Source: Camelus ferus (lineage: Eukaryota). From it: a stretch of 64,000 bases of DNA. Below the pieces are notes generated by a model, which saw only the letters and a list, made by a program, of their open reading frames with translations, made no database searches and was not told where the DNA came from. The first letter of the stretch is position 1; every line of letters begins with the position of its first letter. A program made the position numbers and the translations under genes. Shown here one piece after another: positions 26,167 through 38,870 of the stretch. The DNA lies in contig NC_045696.1 of the NCBI RefSeq assembly GCF_009834535.1, positions 6,202,001 through 6,266,000 on the forward strand, written 5' to 3'.

Positions 26167-26296
26167 CAAGAGTTCTCCATCTTGGCTGCAGAATACAGAT
26201 GTCCAGGCCCCAATCACAGACCAGTTAAATCAGGCTGTCCTGGGGGTGAGCCCAGGAGTCAGAATTCTCACGTGCTTTTAGGGTTGAAGATCACTG
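26167..26296. mobile_element. MER5A/MER5A1-like hAT MITE, internally deleted
   Basis: gttctccatcttggctgca...cagaccagttaaatcaggct...gggggtgagcccagg...agggttgaagatcactg. Confidence 0.65.
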
Positions 26297-27469
26297 TTGC
26301 AAACCATACTGTAGAGTTTACCAAAGACTAGGTTACATTATTGGATGTGGAATTGTAGGGTCAAGGTTGTGTGCCTTTAATCTTTTGATGTGTATTGCCA
26401 AATTACCATTCAGGAATTTTTTTTTAAACTTATTTGCACTCTAAGATTTAAGGCTTTTAAAAGGTGAAGGATGAACAAATTTGCATGTGGATTTGGGGAA
26501 GAGGTTTGCACAACACCCAATAACTACACCAAGCTGTTCGGCTTTTGCTAGTTTTTTGTATTGTAACGTGACCTAAATAAACAAATGAGCGTGTTACTAA
26601 AATAATGCAGAAGGGTGTGTTTGGTCAGACTTCAGGGCAGACACCACAGCCCTGACAATGAACGCGTGACAGTCCCTGGGGACGAGCTTTGTGCCACCTG
26701 TAGTCTCCTGATCCAGCCTCAGAAATCTCTTGCACATCCATCTGTTCTTCAGTTTATTCACTCTGAAGGTCCCCTTTGATCACTTTCCTAAGGTAATTGT
26801 TATTTTTCTCAAAACAATACATTTATAAGATTAAAAGTTGTATCATATTTCCACACGTATAATGAAAAATAGCAGTTCTCTGCCTGACGCCTCCAGAGGT
26901 AACTGCCGTTCTTAGCTGTTCCTCTGTCTTTTACTTCCATGTTTATAAATCCCGGGCTCACGCAGCTCCTTGATGAGTTTTCAGTTTGGACGCTGTCAAT
27001 TTTCTATTAAGGAAGGTGAAAATTTGCTCATGCCCCACCCGTCCATCCCCTGTTCCTCCATCCTTCCGAGTATTAAGCAATGACGGTTACATTAACGTTC
27101 ACTTCTTTTTTTGTTTGTTTCACTTAATGTGTCATCGGCATATATTTATTATTATTTACATTATTTATAAGCATTCTGTGCCCCTTCCACAATTTTCTTA
27201 GCTGTTTCCCTATCATTGCATACTTAGGTTGTTTCCCAAAACATCAAAACACATTAAAAAAAACCAAACTTACTTCTCTCCTTATCATACAGCATTATCT
27301 CTAAACTATAGAGCTGTTTGACCCTCACTGCTAGTGAAGTAACATGCCTTTTTGAAAGCCTTATGGAGCATGATGTATTAGATACAGAGTGGTTGAAACG
27401 TGGTGGGAATGAAGCTTCTTTATCTGTGTGGGAAGAACATGATGAGTTATGAGAAATAGTAACAGAGTA

Positions 27470-27580
27470 AAATACATTGAGCATTTTATATGTTCTTGGT
27501 GCAGAACCATCTCAAATGCTTGTGTGTATTAACTTGCAACTCACAGCCCCCTCAAGTGGTAGTTCTATTATTATCTCCAT
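27470..27580 (-). mobile_element. MIR SINE fragment
   Basis: cattgagcattttatatg...aactcacagccccctcaagtggtagttctattattatctccatt. Confidence 0.5.
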
Positions 27581-27959
27581 TAATGTTCACCTCTGACATG
27601 ATTATAACTGTGTAACTGTTACTAGAGGTGAGCTGGATGGTGTGCTGTGATTGCCTTTTGTTTTTTTCCTGGGATTTGAGTGTTGCCTTAGTTTTTCTAT
27701 GTATTTATCAATGATGCCAGTCAACTCCCTAGCAGGACTGGGATCTACCAGGGTGGGAGGCTTCATTCGGTAATCTCCCAGATTTTTGGAGGGAGGGGAG
27801 AGGATGTGCTTGGGAGCCCTGTGCTCTTTGGTTCCAGCTAAGTTGGCTGCTTCCAGGCACTGGGGAATCTCTTGTCCTGGACTCCTTGTTCTCCCCACCC
27901 CCATTATCTCATCTGCCTAATTCTCAGGGTGGCCCTCAGCTTGGCCATTTGGCTGGGCA

Positions 27960-28620
27960 TTCAGTTCTCTTTAAAAATCATTTTCCTCAAGACTTGGAAA
28001 ATGATGCTTCGTTGACTGCTGATTCCTATTTCCTTTTCCTTTAAATTAAAGAATAAATGATGTACAATATTTTATAAGTTACAGGTGTACATTATAGTGA
28101 TTCACAATTTCTAAAGGTTATATTTTCCTATTTCTTCTCTTTGCTTTCAGGGATTTCTCCTTATTCATGTTGTTCTGAAATTTCATAGGAATATGCCTCA
28201 GTGAGAGTTTTCTTCCTTTTATTGGGTTAGGTGCTCAGGGGCCCTTTCTGTCTAGAAGTTCAGGCCTTTCTGTGATACAGGAAGTTTTCCTATATTATTT
28301 CTTTGATAATTTCCCTTCTGTTTTTTTTTTTAATGTGCTCTCTTGGAACTCTCATTAATTGAGTTGAATCTCTTCTCTGATTTTTTAGTTTTTAGCATCT
28401 TTTTTTTAAGTGGTGGTAGTATCTATTCTTATCTCCAGCATCTTAATGATAGTTTTTACAAGTTAAGACATCTCTTTTACTGTCCTGTCATGTCTTTTAC
28501 TTTACTTTTTCTCTGTCATCCTGTCATCTCTTTTACTTTACTTTTTCTCTGTTTATGTTTGATCTCTCATGTTGGAGGGTTTTCTCCTGTCTGGTGGTGC
28601 TTGGATGCTTGTTTTGATTA
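27960..28620 (-). mobile_element. Ancient degenerate L1 (L1M/L1ME-like), containing a short younger L1 tail at ~28035-28124
   Basis: T-rich antisense L1-like text (ttctgaaatttcatagg, ttttcctatattatttctttgataatttccctt). The inner tail has TSD ttcctatttc at 28023-28032 and 28125-28134. Confidence 0.5.
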
Positions 28621-29372
28621 ATAATGAATCACCAGGACAGTGACCAGGACCCTGTGTGGGGTTGTTAGCTGGGGTATGTGCCATGATGGGGCCTGGCCAT
28701 GGCATTGAGGAACAAGTGGCCATCTGGGAGCTTTTTCTTTGAGGCTGGTTGATATCTCCAGAGAAGGGTCCTGCATCCTTCTGTCCTGGGGAGGGCAGTG
28801 GAGCAAGGCTAGGGTTGTGAGAGCCTGGCTGCACTGTGCTGAGCGTCAAGTAGAAGAGAAGGTCCTGGGGGCAGTGTCTCACTATTTACTGAGCTCTCTT
28901 TCTAGTGCAGTACCTCATGTCCACACTGTGCAGGGCTTGGGGTCCTCACCATCTCTGGAGATTATCTGCCAGGGTGTGGATCGACACTTACTTGAAGGTG
29001 GTTGTGTTTTCTGCAGCCTCTCAGAGCTCTCTTCCCAGTATTGGGGAAAGCCTCAGATTCCACGTGGATTTTTCTCCCTGAAGAGTCCCATGAGCCAAGC
29101 TTCCTCCCTGGGTCACACCCCATCCCCAACATTTATTTCCAAAGTCACCTGCACCATGTTCCATCCCTTACCATTTAGTCCTTTGTTTTCCCTGAAATTC
29201 CCAGGCAGTGTGTTTCATGGATGTGAAAATAACGGGAACTCTTCTGGTCTTGAATCCATTCAGTTAACATGTCTGCAGTGCTGAATATCTTGCTTTTATT
29301 ATTATTATACAGATTCCGAGGAGAACTTCTAATGGGCAAATAGGAACTCTCATTGGAACACATACATGTGTG

Positions 29373-29375
<3 letters not shown>

Positions 29376-29410
<35 letters not shown>
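29376..29410. repeat. (CA)n microsatellite
   Basis: Direct inspection. Confidence 0.95.
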
Positions 29411-29413
<3 letters not shown>

Positions 29414-29639
29414 CCTGTGAAGAGACACTGTGAAACTGGCAACACCACAGATTGAAAAAGGACAAGCAGAATATACAACTGAGCAGGAAACAAGTCAATA
29501 CACTATTACATTCGGTTATTAGTATAGTAAGTTAAAGACAGTGGAATTATTTTAAAATCTTCTTTATTAGTAATATTAATAATTAAAGTCATTAGTAATA
29601 TTAACATAATAGTAGCTGCTGCTCCTTGGGTCTCTCATA

Positions 29640-29790
29640 CACTAGCTCATTGTCACAGCAGACTTGCAAGATGGACATTTTAATCCTGGTTTTAAATAGA
29701 GAAACTGAAGCTTGGAGATGTTAAGTCACTTCCTATAGGCATCTAATTAGTGGTGCAGGATCTGCTCCAATGTGTGGGTTCTTCACACTA
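29640..29790 (-). mobile_element. MIR SINE
   Basis: ttttaaatagagaaactgaagcttggagatgttaagtcacttcc... Confidence 0.65.
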
Positions 29791-30717
29791 TGCCATGGTT
29801 GCATTCAAAAAATTGAGTCCAAATAAATAAAGACTATTTTGAACATTCAAGTTTTGATTGTAGTAGGAAATCCAAATGGTTGTTTCTTGAGCTCTCAGTC
29901 AAGTATTTCTTCATTCAGTCAGGTGCCGTTTGCCAGTTTGCAGGTAGGTCATTTCCTTCTGTGAGCTTCAGCAGAAAGGCACACACCTACACAATGACAT
30001 GCACACAGACATGAATACGTAGACACGCATACGCCCCTTTCAGGAGACTATGAAGTTCAGGAAGACGAAACGTTCGAGATGCTTTTTACACTGACCAGCA
30101 AACACAGAGAAGCTGATGCCTGAGCAGAAGGATCTTCATCTAGGTCTTCGTTTAGAATAGATCATCACTGGACCAGCTTTAGATCTCAGATCTGCCTCCT
30201 GTTGTGTGACATTCTACAGCATATTTCTCCTCTGAGGCTTTATTTCTTTCCTCATTTAAAGTCTCTTCCAACTTAAGAGTCCTTGATTCTTGGCTGTAAA
30301 CTGTAATGGATGTTTTCCTCTTTCCTTTTTGATAGTTTGTCTTATTATTTAATAAAGCCTTTTGAGTAAACATTTGATTCCTTCTAAGTAGGACAAATAT
30401 GCAGATAGTGCTCACCTATCCCTCCAAACACAGACCCCAGTATTTTAGGTAGAATCTTCCTCTCCTTAGGCCATTGGAATGAGAGAGGAGCTCTTTGGAT
30501 AACATTCTGCAGCATTGCAGCTGTGAGCCATGGTGGGAGATGAGATATTGGATGGGTTTATAGGAGCCAAAGTACATTCCTCCTTCGATAATCCCCTTTG
30601 AAATGAAAAAATGGTTCCCTCAAGTTTTTTTGTTTCCAGCTTTCATCTGCTCCTCACCTGCAGGTGCTTCATTCCTTGGCGTGAGTAAATACCTTCAGGG
30701 AAAAGGAACCAGATGTC

Positions 30718-30806
30718 TTTTTTTTTTTAGAGGAGGTACTGGAGATTGGACCCAGGACCTCATGCATGATAATCATGTGCTCTACCATTTGAGCTATACC
30801 CTCCCC
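30718..30806 (-). mobile_element. tRNA-Ala-derived camelid-type SINE, short form
   Basis: Reverse strand reads ggggagggtatagctcaaatggtagagcacatg...gaggtcctgggtccaatctccagtacctcc plus poly-A. TSD aaggaacca(g)atgtctt at 30703-30719 and 30807-30822. Confidence 0.88.
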
Positions 30807-31509
30807 AAGGAACCAATGTCTTAAAATTTTTTTTTTTTTTAGTCCAGGAGCCCTTTATTCAAATAAAATTGTACATAAAAGCCCAGTAAGCAAAACCTCC
30901 TGCCAAAAGAGTGGAACCCTTTTGGTGGAAGCCAGTCCCATCTTGCCCCTCCCTGTCCCACCACTCCCACTGTACTGAGACCTTCTTTTCCACTGGAGAC
31001 CAAGGTCAAAAGTACTGCCAGCTCTGTTCTGTTCAATTCTTGCATGAGAAAATTGACACCTGTCAAGTCCCTTGCCCAGTATTGCCGAGCTAGTGATTGG
31101 TAAAGTGGGGGCCCTGCCCAATATCTTACTTCCTGCATCTCATTCCAGCTTAGTCATGCTGGAGCCAAGCATGTTTGGACATTTGTGGCAATCACCAGAG
31201 GGGACCTCTGTCACTGTGACCCCAGACTTCTATGGCTCAGTTTTCAACCATACAGTTGACCTTAACCTACAGGCAGAAAGTTATTGCAAAGATGTTTGTT
31301 GTCATATTGTATTTTGCACTCCATAACTGTGTTTTAAAAGTATCACACTGAATTCTTTTGTGATAGATTTGGGTTTTAGAAATGAGAACTTTTTTTCCCC
31401 CTTAAAGGAAGACATACCTGTGATGTTTCAGGATTTTTTTATTTCTTTAGTTATGTACTATTTAGTTATCTATGAATATACTATTTTTTTATCCATCTCT
31501 CTCTGTGGT

Positions 31510-32005
31510 TTCTTTTTTAATGTGGTACACGTGTTATACTGACTAGCCAATATTGATACATTATTACTAACTAAAGCCTCTTGTTTCCATTAGGATTCAC
31601 TCTTTGTGTTGTACTTTCTATGGGTTTTGACTGATGTCTAAAGCTATATATCCATCATTATAGTATCATACTGAATAGTTCTACTATCCGAAAAACCCTC
31701 TGTTCTCCACCGTTTTGTACCTCCCTCTCTCCCTTCAAACCCATGGCAAACCCTGATCTCTTTAAGGTCTCAGTATTTTGCCTTTTTCAGAATGTCACAT
31801 AATTGGAATAACACAGTATTGTGATTTGGGGGGGGGCTTCTTTTGCCTAGTAATATGCATTTAAGGCTCCTCCATATCTTTTTGTGGCTTCATAATAGTT
31901 CATTTTTTATTGCTGAATAATATTCCACAGTATGGGTGTACTACAGCAGGTTTATCCATTCACCAATCGAAGGGCATCTAGGTTGCTTCCAAGTTTTAGC
32001 AATTA
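31510..32005 (-). mobile_element. Old L1 3' region (L1MC/MD-like)
   Basis: ccaatattgatacattattactaactaaag...ttcactctttgtgttgtac...gtttatccattcacca...ggttgcttccaagttttagcaatta. Confidence 0.75.
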
Positions 32006-32359
32006 CCTGCATGGTTTTTTTTTTTTTTTTTTTTTGGAGGCTGGGATGGAATTTGCAAGAAGAGGTACTACCTCCAGGTGAACTGTTATGCGGTTGTCAT
32101 TAACATAGAGTCTGATGAGGGGCCACCTGTACGCACCCATGCAAAGAGACATGCTTATATTTGGTACAGTGAATGTTGCAGATGTAGTATAGGTCTGCAT
32201 CATTTTAGGTTTTGGTTCAGATTGTCACCTGAAATGAGTGGTGAAACTTTGCTGAGCATTCTATCCTGACGTCACTCGGAATGCACTGGCATGCTCTCCA
32301 CAGAGTGTGTTTTAAAAGTGGACTTCATAGAGTTTCTGGTTGGAGGAGAGGTAGATTGC

Positions 32360-33030
32360 TACCTTCACTACATCTGTTTAGAACCTAGGATAGAAGTTTT
32401 TTCTCCACATTCTTACTGCTCATAGTGCCTCTCCCTGCATAGTCCTAGGGATAGGGAACTCACTCCCTCACTAAATAGCACCTTCCACTGCAAAATAGCT
32501 GTTTGTCAGTATGTGCTTCCGTAGACTGACCTCAGATTTTCTCCTTCAGCTGGTCTGCTTTCACCTTCTGGGATGACACAGCAAAGTGGCTGCTTTTGCT
32601 CTCTAATAGTACTATTAGCACGTAGCACAGTGCCTGGTTCTTAAAAATCTTATAATAAATATTTATCAAATAATCTCAAAGCTGAACAGATGAATGAATG
32701 GACATTTAACTGACCTCCATATATTTCAAATGAGTATTTCCTTAAACTTCTCTTTTTCAGGTAAAATGCAACTAGTTTTGTAAACCCCTATTTCACGTAA
32801 TTTTTTTTTAGAGCTATTATATATTGATTTTATTTTTCTGGATATATATATATATTTATCAGTGTTCTTCTTAGAAACTCATGCCCAGAATAATCCCTAA
32901 GAAATCTGGAACCATTATTTTCTGTGATCTGGGCTTTATGCTTCTAACTTTGTGTTACCTCCAGGGCAGCCCTGTCATACTGCCTTTGAACACAACCATG
33001 TTTCTTTTTGACATCAGCTGCTGCCAAGTT
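32360..33030 (-). mobile_element. Degenerate L3/CR1 LINE with an L2 tail at ~32610-32700
   Basis: gggaactcactccctcactaaatagcaccttccact and aacttctctttttcaggtaaaatgcaactagtt resemble CR1. gcacagtgcctggt...aataaatattt...gaatgaatg is an L2 3' end. Confidence 0.45.
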
Positions 33031-33151
33031 CATGGTAAATAGGAAGACCCTCAAAAAGTCTAAGCAAATAAAATAACCCAAACTTAAAATTGTATCTTAT
33101 GAAATTGAATAAATGACACTTAATTTTTTTCTTAAAAAAATTTAATCGTTT

Positions 33152-33873
33152 TTATTTTATTCTTTTTTATGGTTGAATAGTATTCTATTGAATATATATA
33201 GACAGCAATATATATATAGAGAGAGCAATACATGATGTATATAGATATGCCTAAAATAGACTAAAATAATGCCATTTGAAGCAACATGGTTGGACCTGGA
33301 GATTGTTATACTAAGTAAGCTAGAAAGAGAAAGAAAAATGCCAATATCACTTATATGTAGAACCTGAAAAAAAAAGGCCACAAATGAACTTACCTACAAA
33401 ACAGAGACAGACTCACAGACAGAAAGCAAACTTACGGTTACCAGAAGGGAAAGGGGGTGGGAAGGGATAAACTGGGAATTTGGAATTTGTAGATGCTAAC
33501 TACTTTATGTATAATGAGAAGGAATATGAAAAGGAATAGATGTATATGTATGTATGACTGAAACATTATGCTGTGCACCAGAAATTGACACAACATTGTA
33601 AACTGACTATACTTCAATAAGAAATAAAATAAAATAAAATAAAATAAAATGGATAGGCAATGAGGTCCTTCTGTGTAGCACAGGGAACTATATTTGATAC
33701 CTTGTGATGGCTTATGCTGAAAAGGAATATGAAGAGGAATATATATACATATAACATATATATATAATATGTATATAATATGCATTATATATATATAATA
33801 TATATATGTATGAATCATTATGTCGTAAACTAGAAACACAGTGTTGTAAATCAACTATACTTCAATAAAAAAT
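33152..33873 (+). mobile_element. Composite L1 3' end: inverted 5' segment, plus a second L1 tail nested at ~33513-33650
   Basis: aatgccatttgaagcaacatggttggacctggag...aactatacttcaataaaaaa. The terminal motif actatacttcaataa occurs twice (~33606 and ~33855). Confidence 0.85.
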
Positions 33874-34204
33874 AGGGTTTTGAAATTGTTACCTTAATAA
33901 TGAATAATTTTAACATAGAATATGTAAAACTTCTGAAACAATTTGACCTTAGAGAGCAAAACACGATACAGAAAATTGGGAAGATGAAAAGAAATAAGAA
34001 AACAAAACCCCACACAAACAATAAAGACACCAAACCAAAGCTGAAATAATTCACATGTGTTGACGTGGTGTGGAACAGAATATGCGGATTCACTGATAAC
34101 AATGACATTTATAAAACATTCACTCTCTTCCAGCCAGTGTTCTGTGCTTTGCACGTATGAACTGATTTAATCCATACAATAGCTCTGTGGGGAGCACATT
34201 TTTG

Positions 34205-34994
34205 ATAATACTTTTTTTTCCCCTGTGGCAAAAAATGCATAATATAAAATTGACCATTTAAACCATTATTAAGTGTACCATCAGCAGTGTTAGGTTTATG
34301 CAGTGTTGTGAAGCAGGTCTTCAGAACTTTTTCATCTTGCATATCTAAGACTCGGTCTCCATTAAAGACTGACCCCCCCATCTTCTCCCACTCTAGTCCC
34401 TGGTAACCACAATTATGCTACATATGTGATGTCTTAGGATGCCTCATGTAAGTGGAATCATACAGTATTTGTCCTGTGGCTGGCTTTTTTCACTGAGCCT
34501 TGAGGTTCATCCATGTGGTAGCATGTGACAGAATGTCCTTCTTTTTAAAGACTGAATAATATTCCATTACAAATATATACCACATTTTTTTAATGCATTC
34601 ATCTGTCATTGGACACCTGGGTTGCATCCACCTCTTGGCCAGTAAAAAAGGCTGCTATGGATATGAGTGTGCAAATATCTCTTTAAGACTCTGCTTTCAA
34701 TTCTTTTGAGTAAATACCCTGAAGGAACTGCTGGATCATATGGTTATCCTATGTTTAATTTTCTGAGGACCCTCCATCCCGTTTTCCATAGAAGTTGTAC
34801 TATTTTATAGTCTCACCATGGTGTGTAAGAGTTCCAGTTTCTCCATATCTTGGTCAACACATGTTCTGTTCTTTTCTTTCCTTTTCATAGTAGTCATCCT
34901 AATGGGTGTGTAGTGGCATCTCATTGTGGTTTTGATTTGCATTTTTCTGATGGTTAGTGATATTGAGCATTTTTTCGTGTGCTGGCCATTTGTG
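34205..34994 (-). mobile_element. Older L1 (L1MA/MB-like) inserted in a MIR
   Basis: aatataaaattgaccatttaaaccatt...gtggcatctcattgtggttttgatttgcattt. Flanks tgtggggag at 34186-34194 and 34995-35003. Confidence 0.88.
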
Positions 34995-35114
34995 TGTGGG
35001 GAGTCACTTTTACTACACGCATTTTAAGGATAAGAAAATGGAGGCAAGGAATGATTACTCCACTTGCTTGAAGTTACATAGATAGTAAATTATGGAGTCA
35101 GAATTTGAATCTGG

Positions 35115-35361
35115 TGGGAGGAGGGGTAAATGAGGAGTTTGGGATTAACATGTACATACTACTATATACAAAATAGATAAACAACAAGTATCTACTGTAT
35201 AGTACAGGGAAAATATATTAATATCTTGTAATAATGTATAATGGAAAAAAACCTGAAAAAGAATATATATATGTTATACATATATGTAATTGAATCACTT
35301 TGTAGTACACTTGAAACCAATACAACATTGTAAATCAACTTGTACTTCAGTTAAAAAAAAG
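35115..35361 (+). mobile_element. Short 5'-truncated L1 3' UTR
   Basis: gagtttgggattaaca...tacaggga...caacattgtaaatcaact plus A tail. TSD aga(a/c)tttgaatctgg at 35100-35114 and 35362-35376. Confidence 0.9.
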
Positions 35362-35532
35362 AGACTTTGAATCTGGACAGTCAGCTTGAGTCTTACTTTC
35401 ATCCATGGTGTTCTAGCCTTCCCTATGAGGGGAGAATTCTACTCTTACAAGTAACTTTTTTCTAACATTCTTCCTTATATTGGGCTCATGACTGGATTTT
35501 GAGCAAGAGGAGTTGGAAAGAGTCTCTTTCTT

Positions 35533-35606
35533 GCCTCCCTCCTTCCTCCCTCCATCCCTCCCTTCCTTCCTTCCTTCTTTCCTTCCCTCCATCCCTCCAT
35601 CCCTCT
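35533..35606. repeat. (TCCC/TTCC)n polypyrimidine simple repeat
   Basis: Direct inspection. Confidence 0.8.
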
Positions 35607-35714
35607 CCGGCTCAGCTGCTGTATGAGGGGGAGGGTCCTTGGAGAATGGAAAGGTTCCCAGGACAGTGTCTCCTGTTGTCAAAGAGGTTACACACAAATC
35701 TGAGCGACTAGTTG

Positions 35715-35826
35715 AGCATCCCTATAATTTGTCTTCCAAACGCAAAGTGAAAGAGGGCACAATGATTGTACTGACAACAGGCTAGCCTAGAGCGGCCCTG
35801 GACAAACCAGAAAGCATGATTCCCTT
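35715..35826. mobile_element. MER94-like hAT-Blackjack MITE
   Basis: tataatttgtcttccaaac...agtgaaagagggc...gacaacaggc...ccctggacaaaccag. Confidence 0.6.
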
Positions 35827-37635
35827 CGAGATAGGACAGCTCGGAAAAGCTGGATAATAAATGCTAAAAATAAGGGAGGGTTTGAAGTGTTCTCAAACCT
35901 GAGCGATGACTTTCTGTAGTGGTGATGCTGACGGACTGATGATTCCAGCGGAATCCACTGAAGCTGGGTTTCCTCAGCCAAGCACACCCTCTTGAACTGT
36001 CTGCAGGATTTTGTTTGCAGACCTTGGGTCTGAAGTGATTCCTGACTTGAGGCAGTAGACCTGGCAGGAGACAGGTAATGCCAGGAGGGCTGAGTTGGGG
36101 TAAGGGCTGTGGCCTCCAGAAGGTCAGAATGGGGGCAGAGGGACTCTTCGCCTCCATGTACAGATAGATCTTTGCCAAAACGGGGTGGAAAAGGCGTGGG
36201 AATCAGGTGTGCATGTGCAGTAACACAGAGTTGTTCTAGTGTTACTGAAGATCACACAGATTTTGTCCAAAGGAAAGGAGTAAAAGGAGGGCCAAAATTG
36301 GGACCATGCCATCCCTTAAAAAGGATGAGAAGGCTATAAAAGTCTTCCCAGGCTGTGAGTTATTTCGTCTCTGCTGAAAATGACATATATAGCAGCCACG
36401 GAATGTTAAGTTACCACTAAAAGCCAAAATCTCCCCCAATGCGCTTTCAAGAGACGAGACGTGTGGGCGATTCGTGTTCCTGATTCTTCCTCCTGCCATT
36501 TTTTTTTAAACCAAACTTTCTATGACTCATAAGAACTCCCGTTCCCTCTCTTAACGGTGTGACTGTGTGAAATCTTGTCCTCGGTACGCTGAAACTTTCA
36601 ACAAAAGAAGCCTGGACTGGAAACAAAGTGTAGGGAAGGATGCGTTTTGAAGACATTGAATCTTTTTCCTTGAGGGCAGGATGTACTCAGAGTTGAGGCA
36701 AGCGGGTGCCCTGGAGAAGACAGATGTTTGTTACTCACCTGAAAAGTCATGAATGTGCCAGCGGGTGCTTCCTGGTCTCTCTCTGCCAAAGCTGAATGCA
36801 GCCCAGATAACAACAGCTTGTTTTGCATTCAATTATTCCAGGTATTTAAAATTCTACAAAATAGATGGGGTGAGGCATTAAGGAAGCGGCCTTTTATCCT
36901 CATCGTTTTATTTTTAATTTTATTCTTTCTCTTTCTTCTTTTTCTTTTCTTTTTCAGTATTTCTCAATTTAGTTGTACTAACTCCTTGGAGTATAGGGTG
37001 AATAACAATTTTTGTGTCACATCCCTATGAGGGTCCAGATTCCTTGTATGTTGCCAAGCCAAGCAAGCTTATCAAAGAAGAAAGAACTCACTTTGTTATA
37101 GCTCTTCCTCAAAGCTCCCCCTTTCTGCGTGTGATCCTAGGGAAATCTTGAAGATGTGCAGCTTTGTGCCAGAAAAACATTTGCAAGGTGATTTTCCACT
37201 TGTGCAGAGATGGCTTGTTGTCTGTCAGTACTCACACTTCAGTAACAGAACTCTTCCTCAGTGCAGAGCTCCTGAGTGTTAGCTGACATGATGGGTGCCC
37301 AGAACAAAGATCGCATTTCCCAACTTCCCTTGCAGCTGTGTAACAGCTCTGTGACTATGTTTCTGGCCAACAGAACATGGGAAGAAGGGCTCCATGCGAC
37401 TTCTAGGAAGTTGACCTTCCAAGTAGAATCTTCAAAGGGAAAGGTGTGCCCTTCTCCTCTCCTTTCCCCATCCTACGTGCTGGATTGCTGATGTGATGAC
37501 TGGAGTTGGAGCAGCCATCTTGTTATAAGGAGTAAGCTGTGTGTTGAAGTGGCAGAACCTCAAAACAGAAGGAGCTGTTAATCATACCAGCCCTTATCTG
37601 TGTATTTAAGGTATGGTTTAAGCCACCATTATTTT

Positions 37636-38870
37636 AAAAAACTATATTCTAGTGAAATATACATAACAAAATTAACCATTGTAGCCATTTTTAAGTGTGC
37701 AGTCCAGTGGTATGAAGTACATTCACAGTGTTGTGCAACCATCACCACTCTACATTTCTCAAAATTTTTCATCATCACAAATAGAAACTTTAAACCCATT
37801 AAATTAACTCCTTATCTTAGTCAGCTCAGGCTTCAGTAAGAAATTACTATTTAAATGCTTAACAACATTTAATGCTTAACTACCATTTAATGCTTAAAAA
37901 ACATTTCTTATAGTTCTGAGGTCTGGAAATTCTGAGATCGGGGTGCCAGCATCAAGATTCTGGTGAGAGCCCTCTTCCTGCCTGCAAACAGCTGCCTTCT
38001 TGCTGTGTCTTCCTGTGGCAGAAAGAAAGAAGCAAGTTTTCTTTTGTATCTTCTTACGAGGGCACTAATTCAATCATGAAGGCTCCACCCCATGATCTAA
38101 TTACCTCCCAAAGGCCCCACCTCCAAGTACCATCACACTGAGAATTAGGGCTTCACCAGATGAATTTTAGGGGAACACTATCAGTCCTTAATACTGCCCA
38201 TTCTTCCATCACCCCCCCAGCTCCTGGTAACATCTATTCTACTTTCTAACTTTATGAATTTGACTACTTGAGGGACCTCATACAAGTGGGATCACACAGT
38301 AGCTGTCTTTTTGTGTCTGATTTATTTCACTTAGCATAATGTCTTCAAGGTTCGTCCATGTTGTACCATGTTTCAGAATTTCATTTCTTTTTTCAGGCTG
38401 CGTAATATGGCATTTTATGTCTATACCATATTTCATTTATGTGTTCATCTGTTGATGGGCATTTGGGTCATTTCTGCCTTTAGGCTATTGAGAATAGTTC
38501 TGCTATGAATATAGTCACGCAAGTATCTGACTCTCTGCTCACAATCCTTTTGGGTATAGATGCAGAAGTGAAATTGCTGAATCAGATGGTTATTTTATGC
38601 TTCATTTTTTGAGGAACTGCCTCACACTCTTCCACAGTGGCTGCACCATTTTCTGTTCCCACCAGTAGTGTCCAAGGGTTCCAGTTTCTCCACATTCTCA
38701 CCAACACTGGCTATTTTCTGTCATTTTGATAGTAGCCATTCTAATGGGTGTGAAATGCATTTTGTTAATGACTGGCTCTTCATGCATGTGTTGGCTGTCT
38801 GCATATCTTCCTTGGAGAAATATCTGTTCAAGTCTTTTGCCCCTTTTAAAGTTGAGTTGCTTGTTTTTAA
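37636..38870 (-). mobile_element. Older L1 (L1MA/MB-like), itself split by MLT1A
   Basis: acataacaaaattaaccatt...ttgtgcaaccatcaccact...tggagaaatatctgttcaagtc. TSD aagccaccatt(a/g)tttt at 37620-37635 and 38871-38886. Confidence 0.88.
37812..38193 (-). mobile_element. MLT1A-like MaLR solo LTR
   Basis: tcttagtcagctcaggct...agttctgaggtctggaa...ggtgagagccctcttcctg...ctaattacctcccaaaggccccacctcca...tgaattttaggggaacac. Confidence 0.85.

Noticed and set aside
28739..29284. 181-aa ORF (likewise 54380-54931 and 56209-56763)
   Set aside because: No recognisable domain or exon-like splice context, and non-ATG starts. Consistent with chance or repeat-derived ORFs.
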